64,000 nucleotides of DNA from the NCBI RefSeq assembly GCF_030384885.1, contig NZ_CP128614.1; one strand, written 5' to 3'. A program made the translations under genes and the position numbers. The notes under the pieces were generated by a model that was not told where the DNA came from, searched no databases, and saw only the letters and a program-made list of their open reading frames with translations. Position 1 is the stretch's first letter; each line of letters begins with the position of its first letter. The DNA comes from Escherichia coli. GTDB taxonomy: Bacteria > Pseudomonadota > Gammaproteobacteria > Enterobacterales > Enterobacteriaceae. Below are positions 21,310 to 31,220 of the stretch, in pieces.

Positions 21310-21332
21310 GGGGTTGCCCCCCTCTTTGTCAG

Positions 21333-21491
21333 CTACTTACCGGATTCGTAGGCCAGGATAGCAAATACCTCCCTTGTTCCGTCTTTCATCCGCAACTCGC
21401 AAAGCGAGTTTCGTGTGAGCCAGGTGAATATCAACAGCGTTAAACAAACTATTAATATGCACAAAACAATGGGTTGGTTCGGCATTTTCAT
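21333..21491 (-). CDS. hok: Hok/Gef-family type I toxin
   Basis: 52-aa product [52 protein letters not shown], close to plasmid R1 Hok as recalled; the listed 71-aa ORF is an upstream extension. Confidence 0.7.
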   Translation of the reverse strand: MKMPNQPIVLCILIVCLTLLIFTWLTRNSLCELRMKDGTREVFAILAYESGK

Positions 21492-21589
21492 GGCCTTCTT
21501 CTCCTTGCATTTAAGCAGGCAAGAGGCTACGCTGTGTGTGACTAGCATACAGGGGCCTCGGGTTGTACTGACCCCAGAAAGTTGGACAG

Positions 21590-22441
21590 TTAAACACGAG
21601 GCATATAGGTCTGATTCCGATATTCAATTGGAGTCAGACCTTTTAATTTCAGGCTAATTCTTCTGCTGTTGTAGTATTCAATATATTCCGTAACAGCATC
21701 CTTCAGCTCGCTTATATTACTGAACTCATCAAGATAAAAACACTCCGACTTTAAGGTTCCAAAGAAACACTCCACCACAGCATTATCCAGACAATTGCCT
21801 TTTCTGGACATGCTTTGTTTAATACCATGTTCTTTAAGGATATTTTGATATCTTCTCATACGATACTGCCATCCCTGGTCAGAGTGCAGAACAGGATGCT
21901 CGTGAGGATTAAGCTTTTTGAATGCCTGATCGAGCATATTCTCGACCATGTTCATCACTGGTCTTTCCGAAAGGCTGTAAGAAATAACTTCGTTGTTGAA
22001 GAGATCTATTACTGGAGACAAATACAGCTTGCGCCCATTGACTGCAAATTCAGTAACATCGGTAACCCACTTCTCGTTTGGCCGCGTAGCCTTGAAATCT
22101 CTTTGGAGAACATTGGGGGCGGTTTGCCCTACCTCTCCTCTGTAAGAGCGGTATCGCTTGACCTTAATCGCTGCCTTCAGTGAGAGGATTCCCATCAGGC
22201 GCTGAACAGCTTTATGGTTAATCTGTTTCCCTTCTCGATGAAGAGACAGCGTTACCCTACGGTATCCGTATCGGCCTCTATTCTCATGATAAATCTCACC
22301 AATACGCTTTTTAACGTCCGCATACTTGTCAGGCTTGCTGAGAGCCTTTAGATGGTAATAAAACGTACTGCGCGGTATCTCCGCAGCCCTGAGAAGCTCA
22401 TCAAGAGGATAAAACTGCCTTAGCTCGTTGAGTACTTTCAC
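21590..22441 (-). CDS. insK: IS150 transposase OrfB (DDE catalytic domain)
   Basis: 283-aa ORF overlapping orfA in the -1 frame; integrase-core motifs ([16 protein letters not shown]) typical of IS3 OrfB. Confidence 0.85.
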   Translation of the reverse strand: MKVLNELRQFYPLDELLRAAEIPRSTFYYHLKALSKPDKYADVKKRIGEIYHENRGRYGYRRVTLSLHREGKQINHKAVQRLMGILSLKAAIKVKRYRSYRGEVGQTAPNVLQRDFKATRPNEKWVTDVTEFAVNGRKLYLSPVIDLFNNEVISYSLSERPVMNMVENMLDQAFKKLNPHEHPVLHSDQGWQYRMRRYQNILKEHGIKQSMSRKGNCLDNAVVECFFGTLKSECFYLDEFSNISELKDAVTEYIEYYNSRRISLKLKGLTPIEYRNQTYMPRV

Positions 22442-22959
22442 TTTTTCGTGGGATGAGCTAAGGCTTTCAGCTTTTTTAGATACACAAGCCGCGTTTCAAG
22501 AAATCGAACTTGCCTTTCAAGATCCTCAATGCGTCGGTCTTTTGACAGCTCCAATGCTGATGCCGCTTTTTCTGGATCAACTGATATTGCAATGTTTCTT
22601 TTGGTGCCAATCTTGAGCGCGCGTAAACCAGCTTCTCCGCGCTCTTCATAAACCTTCAGCCACCTGGCTACAGAACCACTACCAGCAAGCATAAAGTGAG
22701 CAGCAGCCTGATTAAGGGACATGTGCTGCTCGATCACCGCTTTCACGACCTTAATACGCAACTCAGGATCAGCACTAACACCTTTAGGTTTGGGAATTAA
22801 ACCTTTTTCTCCATGTTTTTCATAGAGGGCAACCCATGTCCTGACCTGGGTTCGGGGGACACCAAAACGTGCCGAGATGATCCTGTAACCATCATCAGTA
22901 GTGAAGTAGTGATTCACGACTTCAAGGCGCTTTTCAAAAGGGTATTTTGGCTTTGACAT
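22438..22959 (-). CDS. insJ: IS150 transposase OrfA (HTH)
   Basis: 173-aa ORF MSKPKYPFEKRLEVVNHYF... recognised as IS150 InsJ from memory. Confidence 0.85.
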   Translation of the reverse strand: MSKPKYPFEKRLEVVNHYFTTDDGYRIISARFGVPRTQVRTWVALYEKHGEKGLIPKPKGVSADPELRIKVVKAVIEQHMSLNQAAAHFMLAGSGSVARWLKVYEERGEAGLRALKIGTKRNIAISVDPEKAASALELSKDRRIEDLERQVRFLETRLVYLKKLKALAHPTKK

Positions 22960-23291
22960 ATCAGGGGCTATTCCATTTCATCGTCCAACAAAATGGGTGC
23001 AGTACAGGTTAATTGAAAAATTACTCGGGGCTTTCTGCTTTTACCACAGTCAAACAGTGTTACCGCTGGCTGGGGCAAAAGCCTCCAGCACCAGCGTCAT
23101 TATATCACTCTGCCCTGATCAGCCAAACACCCTGCCTGCATAAATCATTGATTTATAATTTATTTGACATGAGTCACTTCCGGTTGTCGGAGACAGTCTT
23201 TTTACACTAAAGAAAAGGGTAACGGGCAGCTGCTTGGTCGGAACATACAGTGCAGTTCCTGCCCGTTTAATTTCCGGATGCAATGGTAGGA

Positions 23292-23897
23292 TCAGGAGGC
23301 ACTGGTTCCGTTGATTAGGGAAAGCTTATGTGCCTGAATACGGCTGTATTCGAGATGGGATGGAATATTACAGATGCGCTCCAGTCGATCATGCAGCCTC
23401 GTGTAGGTCAGTCGATGAATACCGGACATTTCATCAAGTAGCCAGCGCTTGATGTAAGGGTTACAGGAAAGCCGGGCAAGATCGTCGTCATCCACTTCGT
23501 CAAAGAACCAGTACTGCTCCATCGGGACTACCTGAAATATCCACGGCCGGGGATAGTCCCCTGTGACAACCAAAAACCATGCGAGAAAGCATAGACACAG
23601 CTCAACGATCATCAGCATCGAAAATTGCGAATAACTTAGACCAGGCACATAGGGTGAACTATCCGCAACATACCCCCTGAACAATTCCGCCACAAGGTAG
23701 CCCAATAGCGACAAGGCCAGCATCAGGGTCAGGATTAATCCCCCATTAAACGCTACCGAAGCCTTTTGAACCCGATCAGGTGCTGTCCGGCTGCGATAGT
23801 TGGTCACTACTCTTTCTACAAGTGCCCTTATGGCAGCCTGTTCTTTACTGACATCAGCTCCGGAAAAACCGGACGGGCTTTTATTTAATTCAGTCAT
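23292..23897 (-). CDS. membrane protein, unknown function
   Basis: 201-aa ORF with two or three TM helices (GLILTLMLALSLLGYLVAELF, MLMIVELCLCFLAWFLVVT). Confidence 0.5.
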   Translation of the reverse strand: MTELNKSPSGFSGADVSKEQAAIRALVERVVTNYRSRTAPDRVQKASVAFNGGLILTLMLALSLLGYLVAELFRGYVADSSPYVPGLSYSQFSMLMIVELCLCFLAWFLVVTGDYPRPWIFQVVPMEQYWFFDEVDDDDLARLSCNPYIKRWLLDEMSGIHRLTYTRLHDRLERICNIPSHLEYSRIQAHKLSLINGTSAS

Positions 23898-24112
23898 ACC
23901 CCACTCCTGTTATGTGCTCTACTGAACAAACACGTAGATCATACAGAGCTCACGGACGCACTCCTGCCAGATAAAGGAGGGAATTTGGCTGTAAGACGGT
24001 TAGCCAACAGTTCAGGTTATGCGTGGGATCCGGCCAGTCAGAAAGGATTCCGTTATTAACAGGCAAGGTTAAAGGCAGATGGACGTTGAAATTGTGGATG
24101 CTAAAAGGGGTA

Positions 24113-24394
24113 TTACTCTTTTTCCTGCATAGCGGCTTTTTCAGCCCGGGTGGCCAGGCGAGCATTTCCGAAAGGTTCACGGACAAGCAGGGGCTTCTCC
24201 TTCTTCCAGCCCCTGATAGCCGTTTCTCCAAAACGACGTGGTGCATTGCCGTTCCAGCGAGCAATCACATGATTATCATGAATTTCTATAATGACAACGG
24301 GGTGGACAATGACCGTTGTAATGGTGGTATTTCCCATTTTGGTACGGGTTACAGACCAAACCTGCATCCCGGATTCCAGCTGGCTGATTTTCAT
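24113..24394 (-). CDS. hypothetical protein
   Basis: 93-aa ORF. Confidence 0.4.
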   Translation of the reverse strand: MKISQLESGMQVWSVTRTKMGNTTITTVIVHPVVIIEIHDNHVIARWNGNAPRRFGETAIRGWKKEKPLLVREPFGNARLATRAEKAAMQEKE

Positions 24395-24768
24395 ATTATA
24401 TCCTTAAGCCAACACGAACTGCGCCACAAAAATTAATGTGGCGCAATTTACCATAAACAATAAACATCAGATACCCGTGAAGAGATTTCCCTTTATTTTA
24501 AAATTCTTCTGGAGAAAAAATGATATTTCCAGAAGAAGTCAGCGAAATTCAGAAACGGCCATCACAATGGTGCTGCGCTGACGCTGGCGTTCTGCCTTGC
24601 GCTGCCTGCGGCGATAGATCTATTTTGCGCTGACGTAAGGGCAGTCCTCACGGGTATACCAGCAGCAGCCGCAAGGTTCGGGCCGGGGTTTTCCGGCAAG
24701 TCCAAATGGTTTCATCAAGTCACCTTTTTAATATTTTTAATGGCAAGATACTTCCCTAACACATTGTT

Positions 24769-25080
24769 TTATCGCATATAACGCTGTTGCATAAACAGAT
24801 ACAGATAACCCTCAGGAGAAAACATGCAAAGGTTATCAGTGATAACCGCATCCAGATACCGAGTGTCAGTCTGTAAACGTTTTATCACCAGAAAATGTGC
24901 TGCCGCAGCCTTAATGCCAGAACTACCGTTTACAACATTATGTATACCCGCTTCGAATAACGAACGAGCATGAATTACCTTTTCCCGGGCCGCTTCGATC
25001 TCCGCATTAATAACGCATTGCCGCGCCTGGATGACTGCCTCTCCGGTTAAATCGCGGAAATTCATTAGAGATGTGATCAT
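24769..25080 (-). CDS. hypothetical protein
   Basis: 103-aa ORF. Confidence 0.4.
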   Translation of the reverse strand: MITSLMNFRDLTGEAVIQARQCVINAEIEAAREKVIHARSLFEAGIHNVVNGSSGIKAAAAHFLVIKRLQTDTRYLDAVITDNLCMFSPEGYLYLFMQQRYMR

Positions 25081-25302
25081 GATTAACTCTCCAGATTATG
25101 TGGAATCATTATAACAACTGGCATCCCGCCACAAATAACCTGAGAAAAATTCTTTGAAATATTCCTATATATAAGGAATTACAGTCGGAAAAGAAACGAT
25201 GAAATAGCGCCGACCGCTTAAAATCGATAAATTAAAATGGACGGCACTGGAATGAAAAACTGAAAGTAGTAAGACCGTAATTATCCTTCACGGATGTAAG
25301 CT

Positions 25303-25503
25303 TTATAAGAGGAGTACTGGCAAAGCTTTGCCAAGTACTTCGGCGGTTGTGTCTACGATTTTACGGATGTCATCGATCTGCGAAGGCTTATTCAACACCA
25401 CCGTAAAAAGCTCTCCTTCGTTATCAGCCTGCTCGCAGTTTCCGTATCGGCTCCCGTCGTACAGCTGCACAATACGTGACATAGAAGACTTTGTTTGTTT
25501 CAT
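25303..25503 (-). CDS. hypothetical small protein
   Basis: 66-aa ORF immediately downstream of 25543..25767. Confidence 0.4.
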   Translation of the reverse strand: MKQTKSSMSRIVQLYDGSRYGNCEQADNEGELFTVVLNKPSQIDDIRKIVDTTAEVLGKALPVLLL

Positions 25504-25542
25504 GGCTTTGCACCTGCTTTTAGGCAGTTTGGTTACTGGTTA

Positions 25543-25767
25543 TCAGAAGCTGGTTTCATGCGCTTCCGGCTGGGACACGAACTGGTATTTGACGCCGCCA
25601 GGCACACCTACTGCTTCGGCAATAGAGTCGCAAAGCCGCGATAAATCATTTAGTGTCATCGGATATTCAATATCTACAGAATATAAAGCACCTGCATTTT
25701 CAGCATCTTCGATGTTTTTATACTGGGCACTAAATATAGCAATGGTCTGAATTTCGTGGTTATGCAT
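25543..25767 (-). CDS. small acidic protein, paralog of 30732..30971
   Basis: 74-aa ORF sharing the block PMTLNDLSxLCxSxAxAVGxPGGxKY with the 79-aa ORF about 5 kb away. Confidence 0.5.
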   Translation of the reverse strand: MHNHEIQTIAIFSAQYKNIEDAENAGALYSVDIEYPMTLNDLSRLCDSIAEAVGVPGGVKYQFVSQPEAHETSF

Positions 25768-25821
25768 GAACCGGTCCTTATTAAATTATAAAAGCCACCC
25801 GAGAGTGGCCTGAGTTGAAAC

Positions 25822-26025
25822 TTAAATCTGTGAAGTATTTTTGAGAGATTTTTTGCGATCCAGATGCCGGGCAACAATGGTTCCGATAACAAGTAGCATG
25901 ATGACCGCACTGAAGAAGGTGCTGTCAGGGACGCCCTGGAAAAAATCACTGAAACTGTAAACAATAAAAATCAATGCGCAAAAATAGAAAACGATACGAA
26001 CATAAGGGGTAAAAAACATTTTCAT
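25822..26025 (-). CDS. small membrane protein
   Basis: 67-aa ORF with two hydrophobic helices; palindromic motif 141 bp upstream. Confidence 0.45.
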   Translation of the reverse strand: MKMFFTPYVRIVFYFCALIFIVYSFSDFFQGVPDSTFFSAVIMLLVIGTIVARHLDRKKSLKNTSQI

Positions 26026-26165
26026 CGGTTGCCTTCCATTCAGGGAGAATTCTCAGTAATTACATCACACCTGAAGAGAAACTATTTTCGTATAAATGAG
26101 CATTTTCGACATATCAGAGGGGGGGTTTACTCATAAATGAGGTAGTAAGGGTCACACTTGAGGTG

Positions 26166-26176
26166 AAAGTTACTTT
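26166..26176. promoter_or_regulatory. palindromic motif AAAGTTACTTT, copy 4
   Basis: 141 bp upstream of the minus-strand gene starting at 26025; context AAAGTTACTTTCCTGGCTG. Confidence 0.55.
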
Positions 26177-26204
26177 CCTGGCTGCGAACGAACTATCTCA
26201 AATG

Positions 26205-26498
26205 TTAGAGGTGTGCGTTCGCCTTGAGAGCCTCATGCCCTGAGGAGCTCAACTTGAGCCGATAGTATAAACCTGGCTCCAGATGGCTTGCTGGCTGGCA
26301 TAACTCCACGAGGCCGAGCCGGAACAGGACCGGAGAGCTCCTGCACGTCACATCATCAGGATTCCCCATAAACGTACGCCGTTCTCTGGCCCGTCTGAAA
26401 TTGCCAGAGATATCATAGACCGTGCCGGATGCCATCCGTCGTAACACGTAAATCTGTGCCATTGTAAGCTTCTGGGCGGAACTGCTTAAACCTGACAT
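26205..26498 (-). CDS. hypothetical protein
   Basis: 97-aa ORF. Confidence 0.4.
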   Translation of the reverse strand: MSGLSSSAQKLTMAQIYVLRRMASGTVYDISGNFRRARERRTFMGNPDDVTCRSSPVLFRLGLVELCQPASHLEPGLYYRLKLSSSGHEALKANAHL

Positions 26499-26577
26499 AC
26501 CTTCCCCTCCTTATATAAAACAATCCGCCAGCAGCTCGACTGGCGGACAATGTTTGACTGGCAACAGCAAGGACATA

Positions 26578-27069
26578 CTATTTAGTGACAAGTTTGATCT
26601 TGGTTTCACTCATTCGAAGTCGAAACTCCTGAAAACCCTGCTCTACCGCTAACTCCAGCCACTCAACGGGAATGGTATAGCTACAATCAGACCCACCCAA
26701 AGCGGCATCACAAGCGTAATCCCAGTCCTCATCCAGTTTTGGATTCATCCCCTGGGCGTAAGCCACAGTATCGCGGGATGCGGGAGAGCCCTCAAGCTCA
26801 GCATTAGTGATCAGGTATACACCATGACTGTGCGCGAGAAGCACTTTTGGCACCAGATGTGTGCTGGCAATTTTTGAGGATGAGGGAAAGAAAACCCTAC
26901 CAGCTTTACGCGCCTCTTCTTCAGTCTGTCCCTCAGCGTTAAGGAGGGCTCCCCCCGGATAGCATGCCGGGTCATAGATCTGATCTGCGGTGACCGAAAA
27001 CGTTTTTGCGGTGCGAATTTCTTCGATCAGTTTATTAATATCCGCCATTTCAAATACGAGAGTGGTCAC
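26578..27069 (-). CDS. hypothetical protein
   Basis: 163-aa ORF. Confidence 0.45.
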   Translation of the reverse strand: MTTLVFEMADINKLIEEIRTAKTFSVTADQIYDPACYPGGALLNAEGQTEEEARKAGRVFFPSSSKIASTHLVPKVLLAHSHGVYLITNAELEGSPASRDTVAYAQGMNPKLDEDWDYACDAALGGSDCSYTIPVEWLELAVEQGFQEFRLRMSETKIKLVTK

Positions 27070-27073
27070 AGGC

Positions 27074-27421
27074 TTACTCTCCCTCTTCAGTGGACAACAT
27101 CAGATACTTTGTTGCCAGCAGAAGCTCTCCCACATCCTTGAGGGACAATTCAGCTTTGCCTTCTACGGCAAGCTGCAAGCGCTGTCGAATTGCATGAACA
27201 GAATCTGAAGATAAAGATGCCATTTTGCGCAAAACGGCATTAGCCTTTTCTACAGCAGGATACAGAATTTCTGAGTTGGTATTATCTTCGTCATTATCAA
27301 AGATAATTTCAGAATCCATATTGATGTTATCTTCAAGCCAGCTTGAAAGCACTTCAAGTAATGACATCACCTTTTCAATTTGCATATCGCCTCCTCTGTT
27401 AATGTGAAACAAATATAACAA
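27074..27421 (-). CDS. hypothetical acidic protein
   Basis: 115-aa ORF, 5 bp downstream of the previous ORF. Confidence 0.45.
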   Translation of the reverse strand: MLYLFHINRGGDMQIEKVMSLLEVLSSWLEDNINMDSEIIFDNDEDNTNSEILYPAVEKANAVLRKMASLSSDSVHAIRQRLQLAVEGKAELSLKDVGELLLATKYLMLSTEEGE

Positions 27422-27900
27422 AGTGGCTTACCCGGCTAATAACCTGAGCAGAAAGTTTTCGCACTTTGTTTGAAAACAACTTTTCTGCTCAGGTTAATGT
27501 TAAAGTCGCTGTGTAAAAGATAAAGGGCACTAAAGATGATTTAAGCATCAAACAGACTAAATCGGATTCCGTCTTTTATATCGCTTTTAAAATAGAATGA
27601 ATGAAATATAAATTTAGCGTTTATGATTGAACGCTGTAGAGGTTGATTTATCCAGTGATATTCAGTTTGGGGCCTTAAAAAGGTTTTATTTTGGATTCGA
27701 ATTACAAAGGGAGCACCGACATTTTTCTGGGGGCTCCCGCAGAGAAAAAGCGGTGAGGCTATGAAGACGAAGAGGAGGTATTCGACGAAATACTGTATGG
27801 CCACAGGAGAGCTTCAGCACCCATATCCTGCCGTCTCGCTCGCCTGTAATGATTTCAACATGTACAACGTCATACCACGTAGTTGTATTTCTCACTTTGT

Positions 27901-28221
27901 TTATGCTTCCTGACACCGTGTGAACGCAATCTTCGTCTGGATGCGTTCATAGATGGAAAACTGCCTTTCAATGGAACCGGCATTAGACAGTAATTCATGA
28001 AGCTCAGCAGAGTCTGTATCGGGAACGATAGCTACAGAAACTCCATATCTCCGTCCAATTTTGATTAGGTGCGCAAGCTGTTCTTTTTCGGATTCTGTGA
28101 GCATTGCCAGATCTCTTCCGGACACCTGCTCTATAAACGAACCAAGGTTTTTGGGAAAAAAGGGTTCGGCATCAGAGTTATGTGCTGGGCGCGTCTGCGG
28201 CTTATCGAAGCTATTGGGCAT
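27901..28221 (-). CDS. hypothetical protein
   Basis: 106-aa ORF; palindromic motif 152 bp upstream. Confidence 0.45.
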   Translation of the reverse strand: MPNSFDKPQTRPAHNSDAEPFFPKNLGSFIEQVSGRDLAMLTESEKEQLAHLIKIGRRYGVSVAIVPDTDSAELHELLSNAGSIERQFSIYERIQTKIAFTRCQEA

Positions 28222-28372
28222 GAATAGAACCTATACAGTTAGAGAACTGGAGAATGGATAAAGACTCTATGAAAATCAGTTGTGCTACACTCGAATGCTA
28301 ATCAAGCTTTATGATGGCTTTAGTAGGGATGGCCGTCAACTTAAACCGATAAGAAGGGAGCCATTTATCGTT

Positions 28373-28383
28373 AAAGTAACTTT
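28373..28383. promoter_or_regulatory. palindromic motif AAAGTAACTTT, copy 5
   Basis: context AAAGTAACTTTCCCGGATG; 152 bp upstream of the gene starting at 28221. Confidence 0.55.
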
Positions 28384-28400
28384 CCCGGATGATGCTCTTT

Positions 28401-28628
28401 TTACGAAATAAGTTTCTCACACTCCTGTATAAGAGTCGCCCTGGAACGAGATCGACTGGCTTTGCTTAATGAAGAGCGTAGTTGATGTTCATCAACCCCA
28501 TCAGCGATAAACTGACCGATTTTTGTTTCAAGCCGCTGCATTGCCTCGTAAAGCTTGGCATCCGCATTATTTTTAAGAAACCTCAGTATATAATCAGCAA
28601 TAATTTGGACGGGAGTGAACTTATACAT
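28401..28628 (-). CDS. hypothetical small protein
   Basis: 75-aa ORF. Confidence 0.4.
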   Translation of the reverse strand: MYKFTPVQIIADYILRFLKNNADAKLYEAMQRLETKIGQFIADGVDEHQLRSSLSKASRSRSRATLIQECEKLIS

Positions 28629-28855
28629 TATGTATCCTTAAGACGTTGTGTTAAATGATTCAAAAAAATTTATAACCAGACGTAAATTATTATACATAAG
28701 TAAGCACTTTAGCTAACAAGCTGGAGGAGTGAATTTCGGTTAGCAACTATATTTTAGAAGCTGATTGCTGAATAGACAAAGCCCGGCTTACCGGGCATTC
28801 ATTTAATTAGATGCTAGAAATCTGACCCGTCGTCTGACTTTTATTCCAGGCAGAG

Positions 28856-29467
28856 TTAGGAACTAATAATGATGGCCTGGTCAGTTTGAGGAAGCCGGTT
28901 TCCTCTGATAAATGCAGGGTGGTTTAAACGAGAAGAAGAAATGGTCATCGCCAGAAATGTCTCTTCACGCGAACGCAGAAATTCCCCCCATGAATAGGTT
29001 TCCCATACGTCGTGAGAAAGGTCGGATTCCTTTATGTACCGGGATTGCATTGTTGGCTCAAAATCGACAGGGGCTAAACTGTCATAGGATGGATGAACAC
29101 GGTACCCCAATCCCTCCTCCGTCTGATGGTATGCATGTGCCAAAAGGACATCGTGGGAGACCAGGTCATAGTCGTTGTCCTGAACGAGCGTTTTTACGGT
29201 ATGACTAATTTCCCCAAAGCCGTCTATTTCCCAGAGCGTTATCATTGTGAACTCAGCTAAAGTTCGTGGGCTCTTTACCAGAAAGCCATTTAATGCTCGT
29301 CGCCCCTTCAGCATGCCAACGTGGTAGGTCTTGTTGGGATAGGGTTTCATTGCCACCAGCGAATCAGCTTTAAGCTCAAGTGACAATTCAGGGACAGACA
29401 CGGACATGAGAGTACACTTGTTTTTCATATGGTGAAGAATACGTGGCACAAGATGCAGATACATCAT
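28856..29467 (-). CDS. hypothetical protein
   Basis: 203-aa ORF. Confidence 0.45.
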   Translation of the reverse strand: MMYLHLVPRILHHMKNKCTLMSVSVPELSLELKADSLVAMKPYPNKTYHVGMLKGRRALNGFLVKSPRTLAEFTMITLWEIDGFGEISHTVKTLVQDNDYDLVSHDVLLAHAYHQTEEGLGYRVHPSYDSLAPVDFEPTMQSRYIKESDLSHDVWETYSWGEFLRSREETFLAMTISSSRLNHPAFIRGNRLPQTDQAIIISS

Positions 29468-29578
29468 TTTCTCCTTTTATGGATATAACTGGCAGATCCT
29501 CAGCAGCATCAAAATAGTTAATAGACTTTTTTAATTGGTTAACCACTGTTGATTGACTTGTTTTATGTCTCTGAGAAA

Positions 29579-30145
29579 TTATTCGTTTTGTTTCTGTTCG
29601 TTATACTGCTCAAACCAGAAGACGACCGGTTTTACTACAATATGAAGCAAACCAAAACGTTCTGCGGTACGGAAATTCACGCTATATGCGCGAGCCCGTT
29701 CAACCTGTTTGGTAATTTCATTTCTCATTCCTTCAACACTAAAAGCTCCTTTAAAAAGGTTGCAGGGAGCGCATGATGGAAATAAGTTTTCTATTGCATG
29801 CAGTTCAGGGTGCATAACCTTACCCGTACTTCGGGCAACATGAGTTACGCCGCTGCCGACCGGGGCTCTCACCAGTTCAAAGTCGCGTCGAACAGGCTCA
29901 ACATGATCGGCATGCCACCCTTTTTCAGGAAGCTTGCAACCACAATAGGCACAACGCCCCCCAAATTTCATTCGCAGCTCAGCTCGCTGTATTTTAGAGA
30001 TCTTATTTTTAGGTTTTGAGAACCTACCATCAGGTGATTCCGCTTTGGATAACTTTGCTGAGGGCTCAGGTAACTCAACTAAATTCCCGTTGATATTTAT
30101 CACCTTGACCATATCATTTTCCGCCTTTACTAATCTCACGGGCAC
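29579..30145 (-). CDS. HNH endonuclease
   Basis: 188-aa ORF with CAYCGCKL...WHADHVEPV...NLFPSCAPCN (CxxC, H-x-DH, CxxCN), a classical HNH motif arrangement. Confidence 0.6.
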   Translation of the reverse strand: MPVRLVKAENDMVKVININGNLVELPEPSAKLSKAESPDGRFSKPKNKISKIQRAELRMKFGGRCAYCGCKLPEKGWHADHVEPVRRDFELVRAPVGSGVTHVARSTGKVMHPELHAIENLFPSCAPCNLFKGAFSVEGMRNEITKQVERARAYSVNFRTAERFGLLHIVVKPVVFWFEQYNEQKQNE

Positions 30146-30172
30146 AGGAGCTGGCTTAAGTAACCGCTGAAG

Positions 30173-30361
30173 TTAACAGCCACTGACTGCCTCTACCCAG
30201 ACCTTCTGTTTATACTCAATAGGCCACCCCTCTTTATCTGCCCGGATGACGCAATCATTTACCGTGGTGCGTGACCGGATACGAACATCAAGCGGAAGCG
30301 AATCGTTATCCACACGAGCCTGTGCCTCATTTAAAATGCGTAAAAACATCTCTTTGGTCAT
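30173..30361 (-). CDS. hypothetical small protein
   Basis: 62-aa ORF overlapping the next gene by 4 bp. Confidence 0.35.
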   Translation of the reverse strand: MTKEMFLRILNEAQARVDNDSLPLDVRIRSRTTVNDCVIRADKEGWPIEYKQKVWVEAVSGC

Positions 30362-30669
30362 TCAGATACCCCCTCAACTTTGCGAATTTTGATCAGATGA
30401 GGGCGATTCAGTTTACAAAGTTGTTCTGTCGCTTCATCAATCGAATTGAACCGATGAGCCTCTTCGATATTTAAAGTCCAGTATTTCGCTTTCCCTTCTC
30501 CCAGATCGGACTCAAAATAATTTCGCTTTACATCCATTTTTTTAGGCCTGCCATTTATCTTGACGACATTATGTCTGTCATCAAAAAGAAATTCGTCCCC
30601 CTCAAAAGTGATTAATACAAATGGCCCCTCAGGCTTGGAAGTCCGGGGACTTCCCATTTTCAAAGTCAT
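30358..30669 (-). CDS. hypothetical protein
   Basis: 103-aa ORF. Confidence 0.45.
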   Translation of the reverse strand: MTLKMGSPRTSKPEGPFVLITFEGDEFLFDDRHNVVKINGRPKKMDVKRNYFESDLGEGKAKYWTLNIEEAHRFNSIDEATEQLCKLNRPHLIKIRKVEGVSE

Positions 30670-30731
30670 ACTTCAGCCTCTCGATAGAACTCATGAAACC
30701 TCAAATTAAAATGGACTCACACCACACTGAT

Positions 30732-30971
30732 TCAGTATTCCTCCTGAACCCCATTAGGCTCTGTTGTGATTTCATATTTAATACCGCCAGGTGCTCCCAC
30801 AGCGTCCGCGACCGACTCACACAGCAGCGAGAGATCGTTGAGGGTCATTGGGTGTTCAATGTCCAGCGTGAAGAGTTTCCCGGCTTGCTTGGCGGCTGTC
30901 TTGTCAGCATGTTCAGCATTAAAAAGGTATACGGTGTGTTTTTCCTGAGCGGGGGTATTTTGATTTTGCAT
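30732..30971 (-). CDS. small acidic protein, paralog of 25543..25767
   Basis: 79-aa ORF with the shared block PMTLNDLSLLCESVADAVGAPGGIKY; palindromic motif 133 bp upstream. Confidence 0.5.
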   Translation of the reverse strand: MQNQNTPAQEKHTVYLFNAEHADKTAAKQAGKLFTLDIEHPMTLNDLSLLCESVADAVGAPGGIKYEITTEPNGVQEEY

Positions 30972-31103
30972 TGATGATCCTTTTGTTTAGTTCCCCGATT
31001 CCGGGGGTGAGTGAATTAATTTAAATTTATATTTGTCTGGTTTAATTAGAACGTTTCCAGGCTATGCGTAAACAGGTAATGCAAAGGCTGTATCAACAGG
31101 ATT

Positions 31104-31114
31104 AAAGTTACTTT
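31104..31114. promoter_or_regulatory. palindromic motif AAAGTTACTTT, copy 6
   Basis: context AAAGTTACTTTTCTGGATG; 133 bp upstream of the gene starting at 30971. Confidence 0.55.
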
Positions 31115-31220
31115 TCTGGATGCAGCAACGCTTGGACATGATGTCCACATTACATCACGATCAAAGCTAAGTTTTTTTTGTATAACCCCTTCATTTTCGT
31201 GTGTTTCGCGTTTCAGACGC

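Larger units (their letters stand above)
21564..23006 (-). mobile_element. IS150 (IS3 family) insertion sequence
   Basis: about 1443 bp; ends TGTACTG...CAGTACA (IS3-type TG...CA termini); flanked by a 3-bp direct repeat GGT (21561-21563 and 23007-23009); carries orfA/orfB in a -1 frameshift arrangement. Confidence 0.85.

Noticed and set aside
20522-22183. ORFs antisense to the IS186 and IS150 transposase genes
   Set aside because: They lie inside well-defined IS elements whose transposase frames account for the coding capacity.
24620-24715. 31-codon Cys-rich minus-strand ORF (MKPFGLAGKPRPEPCGCCWYTREDCPYVSAK)
   Set aside because: Too short and without a recognisable family or clear RBS; noted only as a possible small peptide.
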